Notes: generated from the sequence alone by a model not told the origin. Positions 37,179 through 47,555 are shown, numbered from the stretch's first letter. The stretch is 64,000 nt of DNA from Candidatus Dormibacteria bacterium (GCA_046703825.1 JBJKSO010000075.1:19760-83759); one strand, 5' to 3'. A program made the numbers and translations.

Positions 37179-38634
37179 GATCCACCTTGCTGGTGGCAGG
37201 GTCGGGCCAGCGGCTGGTCACCACTTTGGCCCGGGTGTAGAAGTGGATGCCATCGGGTCCGTACATGTGGGCGTCTCCGAACAGCGAGTCCTTCCAGCCG
37301 CCAAAGGCGTAGTACCCCACTGGCACCGGAATCGGCACGTTGATCCCCACCATCCCCGCCCGGACCTCCTCTTCGAAGCGGCTGGCGGCCCCGCCATCCC
37401 GGGTGAAGATCGCCACCCCGTTGCCGTAGCGATTGGAGTTGACCACTTCCATGGCCTCCGAGTACGAACCCGCCCGGACCACCGAAAGCACCGGCCCAAA
37501 GATCTCATCCTGGTAGACCCGCATCTGCGGTCGCACGCGGTCGAGTAGGGTCGCGCCCAGAAAGAATCCCCCGTTCGGGAACTGAAGCTCGGTACCGTCC
37601 ACCACCACCGAGGCGCCCTCGGCGCGGGCGACCTCGAGGTAAGAAGCCACCCGGTCTCGGTGGTCCTTGGTGATCAGCGGACCCATCTCCGAGTTGGGAT
37701 CGTCGCCGGGGCCAATCCTGAGCTTGCCGATCCGCTCCGCGATCCCCGCCAGGAGCGGCTCTGCCACCTCCCCCACCGCGACCACCACCGAGATCGCCAT
37801 GCAGCGCTCACCCGCCGAGCCGTAAGCAGCGGAGACCGCGGCGTCGGCGGCCATGGCCACGTCCGCGTCCGGCAGCACCACCATGTGGTTCTTGGCGCCT
37901 CCCAGCGCCTGGACCCGCTTTCCGAAGGCCGCCGCGGTGCGGTAGATGTACTGCGCGATCGGGGTGGACCCGACAAAGCTGACGGCATCCACCCCCGGGT
38001 ACTCCAGCAGCCGGTCCACGGCCTCCTTGTCCCCCTGGACCACGTTGAGCACCCCGGCGGGCAGGCCCGCCTCCAGCATCAGCTGCGCCAGCTCCACCGA
38101 TGCACTGGGATCCTTCTCGCTGGGCTTCAGCACGAAGGTGTTGCCGCAGGCGATCGCGTTGCTGAGCATCCACAGCGGCACCATCACCGGGAAGTTGAAG
38201 GGCGTGATCCCGGCAACAACGCCGAGCGGCTGGCGCAGCTGGTGCACCGAGACGCCCGTCGAGGCCTGGGCTGAGTAGCCGCCCTTCAGCAGATGCGCCA
38301 CCCCGCAGGCGAAGTCCAGGTTCTCCAGACCTCGCTCCACCTCACCCAGAGCGTCCTGGCGCACCTTGCCGTGCTCCCGGGTGATGATTTCTGCTAGCCG
38401 GTGCCGGTTGGCCGCGACCGCCTCCCGGACCGCGAACAGGGTCTGGGTGCGCCGGGCCAGCGATGTGCGGCTCCATGACTCGAACGCCTCCCGCGCCGCC
38501 TCCACCGCCCGGTCGACCTCGGCGGCCGAGCAGAAGGGGACTCGAGCCTGCTCGGCTCCGGTGGCCGGGTTGAAGACCGGCCCAGCTCGCGCCGTCTCAG
38601 GCACGGACGGCTCCCCCGCCACGAAGCAGGGCAC
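37156..38634 (-). CDS. mmsA: CoA-acylating methylmalonate/malonate-semialdehyde dehydrogenase
   Basis: ALDH-superfamily ORF with VFNPATGAE..EVDRAV N-terminus, catalytic region ..GERCMAISV.. and FGG nucleotide motifs. GTG at 38634 gives 493 aa; the upstream 82 aa of the ORF overlaps the AKR gene. Confidence 0.8.
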   Translation of the reverse strand: MPCFVAGEPSVPETARAGPVFNPATGAEQARVPFCSAAEVDRAVEAAREAFESWSRTSLARRTQTLFAVREAVAANRHRLAEIITREHGKVRQDALGEVERGLENLDFACGVAHLLKGGYSAQASTGVSVHQLRQPLGVVAGITPFNFPVMVPLWMLSNAIACGNTFVLKPSEKDPSASVELAQLMLEAGLPAGVLNVVQGDKEAVDRLLEYPGVDAVSFVGSTPIAQYIYRTAAAFGKRVQALGGAKNHMVVLPDADVAMAADAAVSAAYGSAGERCMAISVVVAVGEVAEPLLAGIAERIGKLRIGPGDDPNSEMGPLITKDHRDRVASYLEVARAEGASVVVDGTELQFPNGGFFLGATLLDRVRPQMRVYQDEIFGPVLSVVRAGSYSEAMEVVNSNRYGNGVAIFTRDGGAASRFEEEVRAGMVGINVPIPVPVGYYAFGGWKDSLFGDAHMYGPDGIHFYTRAKVVTSRWPDPATSKVDLGFPRNR

Positions 38635-38732
38635 GATGCGCGGGTCCAGCCCTGACCCAGTGGATCTGGGCCGGCTATTGGCCGCAGTCGCCAACTGCTC
38701 CTCCCCGAATCTGGCCGTGGATGGAACCCAGT

Positions 38733-39521
38733 CTAGGCGGCGGAAGCCAACTCGGTTACCACCTGTCGCTGCTCCGCAGCAAAGAAGGGCGGCGTGCCGG
38801 CTCGAGCGTTGGTGCACACCCGTTCGACACGGCTGGTGGCGGTGAGCACCGAAGTGACCCGCAGATCGGACGCAACCCACTTCAGCACCGCCTCCGCCCA
38901 GCTCCTCACCCCGAGCGCCTCGAGTTGTCCGGGGGGAACAGCTCTCAGGATTCCCCGCTGGAGCGGACTGTGGGTTAGCACTCCCAACCCCAGCTGCTGC
39001 GCCAGGGGCAGCAGCTCGCGTTCCGCCTGGCGACGCAGAGGGTTGTATGGGATCTGAACCATGTCGAGCCTCCCGGTGCGCATCACCCTGATCAGCTCGG
39101 GAAAGTCGCTCTCGCTGTTGACCGTAGCGCCGACCGCACCCACTCGCCCCTCCTGCTTGAGGCGCTCAAGCTGGGCCAGTTGCACCTCCCAGGCGAGGAG
39201 GTTGTGCACCTGGTAGATGTCTATGCGGCCGAAAAGCGCCAGCGCGTGGTCGATCTGGGCTCGCGCCTCCTGAGGCGTGGGTGCCCACACCTTGGTGGCC
39301 ACCAGAAACCGCTGCCGCAGGGAGCCGAGCGCTTTTGCCATGACTTCTTCGCCACGGCCGTACATCGGCGAGGAATCCAACAGGTTGATACCGGTGGCCA
39401 GCGCCGCCTCGACTATCGGTGTCCGGTCCTCGGCAGTGTCAAAGGTGCGCCAGGTGCCCAGCCCCACCGCGGAGCACTCCAGCGCGGTGCGACCCAACCG
39501 CCGACGCGAGATCGATGCCAC
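38733..39521 (-). CDS. aldo/keto reductase
   Basis: 262 aa; RRRLGRTALECSAVGLGTW..GINLLDSSPMYGRGE..IDIYQVHN AKR motifs. Confidence 0.8.
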   Translation of the reverse strand: MASISRRRLGRTALECSAVGLGTWRTFDTAEDRTPIVEAALATGINLLDSSPMYGRGEEVMAKALGSLRQRFLVATKVWAPTPQEARAQIDHALALFGRIDIYQVHNLLAWEVQLAQLERLKQEGRVGAVGATVNSESDFPELIRVMRTGRLDMVQIPYNPLRRQAERELLPLAQQLGLGVLTHSPLQRGILRAVPPGQLEALGVRSWAEAVLKWVASDLRVTSVLTATSRVERVCTNARAGTPPFFAAEQRQVVTELASAA

Positions 39522-39792
39522 TCTCGCTCCAAGCTAACGCCCTGGGGCCCCGGCAGGTGCCCGTTTCTGCACCCCTCTCCTAACTTGCCATGGCTAGGCC
39601 CAGGGTCCCAGAGCGCGCCCCGGCAGTCTATCCGACACGGCACACGCGTACGAGAAAAGGCGTAAATGAACGGGAGGATCTGCTACATTACCGCGCGGCT
39701 AAGGGACTGGCTTGGCCATGCAGATTTCGGCTGCGCGACGGCACCACTGGTCCCAACTCGAACGTGAGCAGGGCCAGTGCGGGGAGGGATTG

Positions 39793-41049
39793 ATGGCCAC
39801 GCGGTGGACGCTACCCGGAGAGCGCATTCCCGAGGCATGGTTCAACGTCCTGCCGCGGCTTTCCGAACCGCTGATGCCCCCGCTCAACCCGCAAACACGA
39901 GAGCCGGTGGGTCCGGACCAGCTAGCGCCTCTGTTCCCGATGGCGCTGATCGGCCAAGAGGTGTCGCCGGACCCCTGGATCGACATCCCCGGCGAGGTTC
40001 TGGACGTTCTGCGCCTCTGGCGCCCCACTCCGCTGGTCCGCGCCCGACGTCTCGAGCAGGCTTTGGGCACGCCGGCCCGCATCTACTACAAGGACGAATC
40101 GGTCTCACCGGCAGGCTCGCACAAGCCCAACACCGCGGTGCCGCAGGCTTACTTCAACAAGGCGGAGGGCGTGCACCGGCTCGCCACCGAGACCGGAGCC
40201 GGCCAGTGGGGCAGCGCGCTGGCGTTTGCCACTGCCCTTTTCGGACTGGACTGCAAGGTCTACATGGTGCGGGCCTCGGCGGAGCAAAAGCCCTACCGCC
40301 GGATCATGATGGAGACGTGGGGAGCAGAGGTCGAGTCCTCCCCCGTCGACGATCCGACCCACCCCGGCTCACTGGGCACCGCCATCAGCGACGCGGTCCG
40401 GGACGCGGCGGGACGGGAGGACTCCCACTACTCGCTGGGTTCGGTTTTGAATCACGTGCTGCTGCATCAGACCGTGATCGGCCTGGAGGCTGAACAGCAG
40501 CTGCGCCTGGCTGGCGAGGAGCGCCCTGACATCGTCATCGGTTGCTGCGGTGGCGGGTCCAACTTGGGTGGACTGGCCCTGCCCTTTGTGCCTCAGCCCG
40601 AGGTCAAGCTGCGGGCGGTCGAGCCCTCCTCCTGTCCCACCCTGACCGCGGGCAAGTTCGAGTACGACTTTGGCGACACCGCTGGGATGACGCCGTTGCT
40701 GGCGATGTACACCCTTGGCCACGAATTCGTGCCGCCGTCAATCCACGCGGGCGGTCTGCGCTACCACGGCGATGCGCCGATCATCAGCCAGCTGGTCAAG
40801 ACCGGCCGGATGGAAGCGGTTGCCTACCCGCAGAAGAGCGTCTTCGACGCCGCCGTCAAGTTCGCCCGGACCCAGGGCACGATTCCGGCCCCGGAGACGG
40901 CACACGCCATCCGGGCGGTCATCGACGAGGCCCTGCGCGCGAAGGAGGCGGCTGAAGAGCCGGTCATCCTCTTCGGCTACAGCGGCCACGGGTTGCTCGA
41001 TCTGCAGGCCTACGCCGACTACCAGGCGGGACGGCTTCAGGACACCTGA
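39793..41049 (+). CDS. trpB2: TrpB-like PLP-dependent enzyme (tryptophan synthase beta paralogue, TrpB2 type)
   Basis: [57 protein letters not shown]; ATG at 39793 ([16 protein letters not shown]). Confidence 0.85.
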   Translation: MATRWTLPGERIPEAWFNVLPRLSEPLMPPLNPQTREPVGPDQLAPLFPMALIGQEVSPDPWIDIPGEVLDVLRLWRPTPLVRARRLEQALGTPARIYYKDESVSPAGSHKPNTAVPQAYFNKAEGVHRLATETGAGQWGSALAFATALFGLDCKVYMVRASAEQKPYRRIMMETWGAEVESSPVDDPTHPGSLGTAISDAVRDAAGREDSHYSLGSVLNHVLLHQTVIGLEAEQQLRLAGEERPDIVIGCCGGGSNLGGLALPFVPQPEVKLRAVEPSSCPTLTAGKFEYDFGDTAGMTPLLAMYTLGHEFVPPSIHAGGLRYHGDAPIISQLVKTGRMEAVAYPQKSVFDAAVKFARTQGTIPAPETAHAIRAVIDEALRAKEAAEEPVILFGYSGHGLLDLQAYADYQAGRLQDT

Positions 41050-41079
41050 CCCGCGCCGGCGTGCCCCCGAGGGGCGGCG

Positions 41080-41487
41080 TCAGCGGCTCGGCAGCGACCC
41101 AAGATCTTCGACCCCGTGCTCGAGCCACCACTTTCCTGCCCTCCAAGCCCAAGCCAGCCCCATGATGGACAGCAGCGCGATCGCACCCTTGCGGATGGAC
41201 GCCCGTCGGCCCTCGCTGAGCCTCGGTGGCGGATAGACGGCGCGAGCGATGGTGGCCGACAGCCAGCCCTGCCACCACCCGGCGCAGCCGATCGCCAGCC
41301 TCTGTCGCATCTGTCCGCTGACTCGCGCGCCGGCAAGGCTCCAGACGGCCAGCCAGACCGCCGCGCTGGCGATGCTGTAGGACGTATAGGATCCCGAGCG
41401 CCTACTTGGGCGCTGAGACGGCATCTCGCCAGTGTAGGCCGGTACCAGGGCGCGCCCCTCGCCCGACAACACGCGGACCGCTCTCAA
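41080..41487 (-). CDS. small hypothetical membrane protein
   Basis: 135-aa ORF with 2-3 hydrophobic segments; no motif; weak. Confidence 0.3.
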   Translation of the reverse strand: MRAVRVLSGEGRALVPAYTGEMPSQRPSRRSGSYTSYSIASAAVWLAVWSLAGARVSGQMRQRLAIGCAGWWQGWLSATIARAVYPPPRLSEGRRASIRKGAIALLSIMGLAWAWRAGKWWLEHGVEDLGSLPSR

Positions 41488-41533
41488 TCGCGCGGATCAC
41501 GCCGCTCCAGTTTCGGCGATTGCCAGGGCAGAT

Positions 41534-41571
41534 GGGAGCCGGCGCTCCGCACGGGGATGTCGCCGGCTCCC
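41534..41571. other. strong hairpin (11-bp GC stem, 16-nt loop) in a region without confident genes
   Basis: GGGAGCCGGCG-ctccgcacggggatgt-CGCCGGCTCCC read directly; no downstream U-run. Confidence 0.4.
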
Positions 41572-42157
41572 GCAGCGCACTAGGTGCCGAAGGTTCGGCA
41601 CTGAGGATGCCCTGAGCGTAACCAGTCGATTGTCGACAATGCAACCCCCAATTTCCCACCGCAGACTTGGTCGACGCCACCATCCGCCTGCCGTCCAGTT
41701 CCAACCAAGCCGGCAGAACCGTTGCCTCAACTCGGCGCTGGTCTGGCCCCGCAATGATGGAGGCCGCCGTTCGCAAGGCTGGACAGACCCAGCACGAGAA
41801 GGCGACCCCCGGCCTTCTCATGCTGGTCTCCCCCCAACCACTAGGGACGGCGCCGGATGTGGCGCGTATGCCAACCTCCGGAAAGCTGCGATTCCCGGAG
41901 CCCAGGGGCGGCGCTTTCCTTTGCGAGGGCATGAACCCCGTCAAGTGCAACCGTGGCTAGCCTATGCAGGTGTCCCTGCTGATGGCCAGGCGGCTAGCCC
42001 GGGGGACGTCCTATCGGACGGAGGCCCGGGCCGGCTGGCACGGGCGCAGCACAAGTGGTGGTGCGCGCCCTGTCAGCGCCGGAGCGTGCAATCTTGGCGC
42101 CGCCGCCTCCAGACGGAGGAGGGATTCGGATAAGCGATCCGCGCCCGAGAGAGCGCG

Positions 42158-43378
42158 TTGAGCCACGGGGACGGCGGGATCCCGGAAGAAGGAATTGGGA
42201 ATCGCCTACGGCCGCTCGCCTTCGTGCTGCTGTTCGGTGTCGTCAGCGGCCTGGTCGACTTCACCTACGAGGGCGCCCGCAGCGTAATCGGGCCCTACCT
42301 GGCCACCCTCGGGGCCTCGGCTGCTCTCGTGGGCGCCATCACCGGCCTGGGTGAGGCGGTTGCGCTGGTGTTTCGCCTGGTGTCCGGGCGCTGGTCCGAT
42401 CGCAGCGGCCGCCACTGGGGGCTATCGATCACTGGCTATGCCATCACGGTGGTGTCGGTCCCGACCCTGGGCGTCGCAGGCACGCTGAGCGTCGTGTGCC
42501 TGCTCGTGCTCGCCGAGCGGTTGGGCAAAGCGGTGCGCACACCAGCCCGCGACACCATGCTCGCCGCGGCCAGCGCCGATTTAGGCAGCGGTCGCACCTT
42601 CGCCCTGCACGAGGCTCTGGATCAGTCGGGGGCGCTGATTGGTCCGCTGGTGGTGGCCGGGGTACTGGCCCTCCACGGCGGCTACCGGACCGGATTCGCG
42701 GTGCTGGCGCTGCCGGGGGTGGCCGCCTTGGCCCTGCTTGCCTATCTGCGCCTGCGGGTGCCGGTTCCCGCCAGATACAACCCGCGACCACCGAGCACTC
42801 CGACCACGATCGTTGCGCTGCGGGGCTTCAGCCGCCGCTACTGGCAGTACGCCGCCTTCACTGCGGCCACGATGGCCGGGTTCTCAACCTTCGCCGTGCT
42901 GGCGTATCACCTGCAGCAGAGCCGGGTGGTGCCGCCACCCATAGTTCCGGTGCTTTATGCCTTGGCCATGGGAGCTGCCGCCCTGGCAGCGCTGGCTTCT
43001 GGTCACCTCTACGACCGCTTCGGGCTGCGAGTCCTAGCGGCGCTGCCGCTCCTGGCCGCCGCGATCCCCTTCCTCTCCTTTTCCACCAGCGCCGGACTGG
43101 TATGCGTGGGCGCGCTGCTGTGGGGAGCCGCGATGGGAATCCATGAGTCGACCATGCGCTCAGCAATCGCCGATCTCGTGCCCCCGGCTCGGCGCGGTAC
43201 CGGATACGGCACCTTCACAGCCGTCTACGGGCTGGCTTGGCTGGTCGGGTCCACGATCATTGGCGTCCTGTACGGCATCGCGATCATCGACGTGATCGTC
43301 TTTGCCACTGCGATCCAGGCGCTGGCGCTCGTGCTGCTGATCCCCCTCTGGCCGAGAGCCGCGGCTGAGCCTAGCTGA
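42158..43378 (+). CDS. MFS transporter
   Basis: 406 aa, about 12 TM segments, MFS signature loop (LVSGRWSDRSGRHWGL). Confidence 0.8.
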   Translation: MSHGDGGIPEEGIGNRLRPLAFVLLFGVVSGLVDFTYEGARSVIGPYLATLGASAALVGAITGLGEAVALVFRLVSGRWSDRSGRHWGLSITGYAITVVSVPTLGVAGTLSVVCLLVLAERLGKAVRTPARDTMLAAASADLGSGRTFALHEALDQSGALIGPLVVAGVLALHGGYRTGFAVLALPGVAALALLAYLRLRVPVPARYNPRPPSTPTTIVALRGFSRRYWQYAAFTAATMAGFSTFAVLAYHLQQSRVVPPPIVPVLYALAMGAAALAALASGHLYDRFGLRVLAALPLLAAAIPFLSFSTSAGLVCVGALLWGAAMGIHESTMRSAIADLVPPARRGTGYGTFTAVYGLAWLVGSTIIGVLYGIAIIDVIVFATAIQALALVLLIPLWPRAAAEPS

Positions 43379-43462
43379 CAGCCAGCAACCGCCAGCGCGC
43401 CGCCCAGCAGGGAGCTCCTGCCGGGTGCGCACCGGGTGGCCGGCGCGGCGCCGCTCAGAGAC

Positions 43463-44938
43463 TCAGAAGAACTCGAAGTACTCGTTCTGCTCCCAGTCGG
43501 TGACCGTGGAGAGGAAGCGCGCCACCTCGGCCCGCTTCATCATCACGATGAAGTCAACGATCTCCCGGCCCAGGGTCTGGCGAAAGAAGCCGTCTCCGTC
43601 GAGGGCGTCCACCGCCTCCCAGAGTGAAGTCGGCAAGAGTGGCGCCTCAGCCGCGTAGGGGTCGGCGGCGACCAGAGGCGGAGGCTCGAGTTGTCGCCGG
43701 ATCCCATCGAGCCCGGCCGCGATGTTGGCCGCCATGTAGAGGTAGGGATTGGCAGCGGGCTCCCCGAGACGGTTCTCGAGATGTGCACCGGGATCTCCTG
43801 GCTGGCCCTGCACTCGGAGCATCGCCCCGCGGTTCTCGAGGGCCCAGGCCACCCGGTCGGGAGCGAAGGAGTACGGGCGAAAGCGCTTGAAACCGTTGAT
43901 GGTCGGGGTGGAGAAGACAGTCATCGGGATCGCGTGCTCGAGGAGACCGGCGGCGAACTGGCAGCCGACCGGCGAGAGCACCTCGCCGCCGGAACCCTGG
44001 AAGGCGTTGGTCCCACCCTCCGAGCTGCGCAGCGATTGGTGCAGGTGCCAGCCACTGGACGAGACGTTGGGCAGCAGCGGCCGCGACATGAACGTGGCCT
44101 GGTAGCCGAGCTGGTGGCAGACCTGCTTGATGGCGGAGCGCATCAGCACCATGGCGTCGGCCGAGTCGAGGCCGGGCATAGGGTCGAACGTGATCTCGGT
44201 CTGGCCCGGCCCCCACTCGTCCTCGATACTGCGCAGCGGCAGCCCGACGGCCTCGAGATGGTCGCGCAGGGGGTTCAAGATCTCGTCCAGCTGGGCGAGC
44301 CGGATCTCGGAGAGGTACTGGTAACCCTGGGCGACCACGCTCACGGGTGGTGCAGCGGGGGGCCAGCCGGTCTGCTCGGGGGCAATCCGGCTCCACTCGC
44401 GCCGGGTGATGTAGAACTCGACTTCCAGCCCGCTGACGTACTCAAAGCCCATCTCGGCGGCCGCCGTGAGCTGCTGGCGCATCACCCGCCGGGTGGAGAG
44501 CGGCACCTCCTTGCCGTTGCCGAAGTACATGTCGCAGAGGACCCAGGCGGTCGCATCCGCCCAGGGCAGCACTCGGAAGGTGGTTGGATCCGGCACCAGC
44601 ACGACGTCCGGGAAGCCGGTCAGCTCGGGGATGCCCAGGCCCCCGCCGGGCGAGAACAGCGGGGGGAAGACGTGGTTGGCGGAATCCATGCTGAGCAGGG
44701 CTCCGGAGAAGTCCATTCCGTTGCGCAGTGCCAGGACAAAGTCGCGCGTGGAGAGGAACTTGCCTCTGAGGGCGCCGTGCTGGTCTGGCCACATCGCGCG
44801 GACGGTGCGGATGCCGCGGTCGGCCACCTGAGCCTCTGCACGCTCGGCGGCCGCGCTCTTGGCATCGTCGTAGATGCGGTGCTCAGCGACGAAGCCTACC
44901 TGGCCCATAGCCAGGTTCTGGCTCGGGTTGGTCGTCAT
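43463..44938 (-). CDS. glutamine-synthetase-family ligase (gamma-glutamyl-amine synthetase-like)
   Basis: ATG at 44938 with GGAGGAGGGA Shine-Dalgarno upstream; GS catalytic-domain pattern through ..EVEFY..., GPGQTEITF, MSRPL, NRGAMLRV; 491 aa. Confidence 0.85.
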   Translation of the reverse strand: MTTNPSQNLAMGQVGFVAEHRIYDDAKSAAAERAEAQVADRGIRTVRAMWPDQHGALRGKFLSTRDFVLALRNGMDFSGALLSMDSANHVFPPLFSPGGGLGIPELTGFPDVVLVPDPTTFRVLPWADATAWVLCDMYFGNGKEVPLSTRRVMRQQLTAAAEMGFEYVSGLEVEFYITRREWSRIAPEQTGWPPAAPPVSVVAQGYQYLSEIRLAQLDEILNPLRDHLEAVGLPLRSIEDEWGPGQTEITFDPMPGLDSADAMVLMRSAIKQVCHQLGYQATFMSRPLLPNVSSSGWHLHQSLRSSEGGTNAFQGSGGEVLSPVGCQFAAGLLEHAIPMTVFSTPTINGFKRFRPYSFAPDRVAWALENRGAMLRVQGQPGDPGAHLENRLGEPAANPYLYMAANIAAGLDGIRRQLEPPPLVAADPYAAEAPLLPTSLWEAVDALDGDGFFRQTLGREIVDFIVMMKRAEVARFLSTVTDWEQNEYFEFF

Positions 44939-44975
44939 GGTCCCTCCTCCCCGCTGGTTGGAGTCCCGAGACAGC

Positions 44976-45698
44976 TCAGCTGCGGGCAGTAAGCCCCGGG
45001 ACAATCGCCTCGCTGCGATCCACTTCGATGGTGGCGCCGTAGGCGATCTGCCGCCTACATTCAGCGCCGGGAAAGCAAAGCTCGAAGACGGCGTCGTCGC
45101 CTGAATGGAGCGCGGTCGCCGCAACTACAGCGCCCTCGTTGAGAAAAGTCCACATCGTGTTCATCGCTGAACCCGCGTAGACGAGAGGCGGCCCAGAGGC
45201 CGGTAGGTAGCCGAAGTTGGCCGTTCCGGCAAGCGTTTGGTGTACCCGCGCCAGCGCCAGCGCCGCGGGCACCCCCTGACCGAGCAACTCCTGCAGCAGA
45301 CGGAAACCCACCTCACTGTCGGCCCTGCCGGCCAGCTGTCCCGGGTAGCGACCGCGCTGCTGCTCCGCGCGGTCGAGTCGGCCATTGTGGGCGAAGGCAA
45401 AGCCTGCGTCCCCCGCCAAAAACGGCTGAGTGTCGGCCAGTGAGACGGTCGAGAGGTTGGAGGGCCTGCGGAGGTGGACCAAGAAATGGGTCGACCGCAC
45501 CGCCTCCAGCGCGACGCGGCCATCGGGATCGTGCGCCAGTGCAGTGGGATGGCGGTAGCTCTTGACCTCCCCAGCTTCCCGCCAGGCTGCGCCCCAGCCG
45601 AACCCTCCGAGCCCGTAGCGTTCCAGGGATTCGACCCACGGAAGTAGGGCCGCGAACGGGCGTGGCTCGGGCCACCCCACCAGCAGCAGCTCACACAA
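44976..45698 (-). CDS. class-II (Ntn, Cys-2) glutamine amidotransferase, YafJ/EgtC-like
   Basis: 240 aa beginning MCELLLV (nucleophile Cys right after Met), ..HLRRPS.. , ..QPF...FAFAHNG.. Confidence 0.7.
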   Translation of the reverse strand: MCELLLVGWPEPRPFAALLPWVESLERYGLGGFGWGAAWREAGEVKSYRHPTALAHDPDGRVALEAVRSTHFLVHLRRPSNLSTVSLADTQPFLAGDAGFAFAHNGRLDRAEQQRGRYPGQLAGRADSEVGFRLLQELLGQGVPAALALARVHQTLAGTANFGYLPASGPPLVYAGSAMNTMWTFLNEGAVVAATALHSGDDAVFELCFPGAECRRQIAYGATIEVDRSEAIVPGLTARS

Positions 45699-45914
45699 TC
45701 AGCTGTCCTCCCCGCCCCGGGCAATCCGCACTTGCCGCGCGCCCCGGATAGCCAGCCACAACCGCTTCACACGAGCGCTCGGCAATCGCTCAATCATTTG
45801 GATCCACGGCCAGCGCGGTCGGGAAATATGTACCTCTCCGAGCTGAGATGCCGTTAGTAAGGCGAATGTGGGAGACCAGCATTACTTAGCAGATCCTGCT
45901 TGGCCTGACATCCT

Positions 45915-45940
45915 TTGATGATAACGGGAGTTGGTACAAT
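45915..45940 (+). promoter_or_regulatory. candidate sigma70-like promoter (TTGATG ... TACAAT) in an AT-richer divergent intergenic region
   Basis: TTGATG-14 nt-TACAAT about 95 nt upstream of the AhpD-like ATG; spacer shorter than optimal. Confidence 0.2.
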
Positions 45941-46033
45941 CAGGCCCTCCAATTGGCGTCACCGTGGGTTTGGGGTCCGCGTGAAGGAAGCGTCCCGATG
46001 GGCCGCTTCCGAGCAGGAGGGACTGCCGTGGCG

Positions 46034-46432
46034 ATGGTGAGACTGGTCGACGAATCCGAGGCCACAGGCCTAGTCAGGGACGTCTACCAAGACATCATGA
46101 CGTCTCGCAAGCTAGCTCGGGTGCCGAACTACTGGAAGGCTTTGGCCCATCAGCCGGAATACCTGGCGGCCACCTGGAACAAGCTGAAGGCGGTGATGGC
46201 CGAGGGCAGCCTGGATCGGCGCACCAAGGAGATCATCGCGGTGGCGGTCTCCGCCACCAACAACTGCACCTACTGCCTTTCCAGCCACACCGACGCGCTG
46301 CGAGCGATGGGGTTCGGTGACGCAGAACTGCTCGAGCTGATGGCCGTGGTGGACTTCTTCAACGGCTCCAACGCGGTGGCCTCTGGGCTCCAGGTGGAGT
46401 ACGAGCCGCCCGTGCCCCAGCCAGCGCCCTGA
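46034..46432 (+). CDS. carboxymuconolactone-decarboxylase (AhpD-like) family protein
   Basis: ATG 46034 with AGGAGGG SD upstream; CTYCLSSH motif; 132 aa. Confidence 0.7.
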   Translation: MVRLVDESEATGLVRDVYQDIMTSRKLARVPNYWKALAHQPEYLAATWNKLKAVMAEGSLDRRTKEIIAVAVSATNNCTYCLSSHTDALRAMGFGDAELLELMAVVDFFNGSNAVASGLQVEYEPPVPQPAP

Positions 46433-46457
46433 GCACCGGCCACCCGGGCACCTGCGC

Positions 46458-47555
46458 GTGATCGACAGCCACGGACACCCGGTTTCAGATGGGGGTGGCC
46501 CGCTCGATCTGGCCTCGATCAACGTGCAGCTGGCCTCACAGGCGCAGGAGCTCGGCGAGCGCCGACGCTCCAGCCCCTCCCGACTAAGCCACGAGCTGCT
46601 GGCGGTCAGGCTGGCGGCCTACCTCGGCTGCGAGCTGGACGAGCTTTCTGATGCCCGGGCCGAAGTCAGCGCCGACTGGCGGGCATACGTCCGAAGGCTC
46701 TTCGCCGACGTGAACCTCACGGGAGTGGTGCTGGATCCGGGCTGGCGTCTCGACGCCACCAGCGCTGAGGCAAATACCTTTGCCGAACTGATTGGCTGCC
46801 CGGTACGTCCCATCTACCGACTGGAACCACTGATCGACCGGCTGATCGCGGAAGGAGCCGGGGCCACCGAGGTGCTGACCGCCGTGGAGGCGGCGGTCAG
46901 GGGAGCGGTGGACCAGGGCCACCGCGGGTTCAAGACCATCATCGCCTACCGCACCGGCCTTGAAGTCGACCCAGAGGCCACCCTGGAAGCGGCCCAGGCC
47001 TCGCTTGACCAGACCTCCGGCGTGCCCACCCGCCGTCGCGGCAAGGCGCTGCGAGACCTCATCCTGCGTGAAGCGCTGGGCTGGGCGGCTGAGCTCGGCC
47101 TGCCCTTCCAAGTCCACACCGGCTTCGGCGACTCGGAGATTCGGCTCAAAGAGGCTAACCCGCTGCTCTTGGAGGAGTTGCTGCTGACAGCACCGGGCCG
47201 CGCCGCTCAGGTGGTCCTGATCCACGGCTCCTACCCCTGGCATGAGGAGTTGGCCTTCCTCACCCTGGCCCACCCCAACGTCTATGCGGAGATCTCCGAG
47301 TTCAACCTCTACACCGTGGGCACTGCGGCCGACCGTCTGGAGCGGATTATCGACTTTGCCCCGACCTCGAAGGTGCTCTGCGGCACGGACGGCCACGGGC
47401 ACCCTGAGACCTACTGGTTTGGGGCTCGGGTGATGCAAGAGGCATGGGCCGAGGTGCGTCGGCGCTGGGAAGCGCTGGGAGCCCGCCGCGAGTGGCTGGA
47501 CGCGGTTGCCGCCGACATACTGGAAGGCAACACCGCGCGCCTCTACGGCTTCTAA
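46458..47555 (+). CDS. amidohydrolase-2 family metal-dependent hydrolase
   Basis: 365 aa; N-terminal IDSHGH (HxH), later VVLIHGSYPW and CGTDGHG metal ligand patterns. Confidence 0.7.
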   Translation: MIDSHGHPVSDGGGPLDLASINVQLASQAQELGERRRSSPSRLSHELLAVRLAAYLGCELDELSDARAEVSADWRAYVRRLFADVNLTGVVLDPGWRLDATSAEANTFAELIGCPVRPIYRLEPLIDRLIAEGAGATEVLTAVEAAVRGAVDQGHRGFKTIIAYRTGLEVDPEATLEAAQASLDQTSGVPTRRRGKALRDLILREALGWAAELGLPFQVHTGFGDSEIRLKEANPLLLEELLLTAPGRAAQVVLIHGSYPWHEELAFLTLAHPNVYAEISEFNLYTVGTAADRLERIIDFAPTSKVLCGTDGHGHPETYWFGARVMQEAWAEVRRRWEALGARREWLDAVAADILEGNTARLYGF

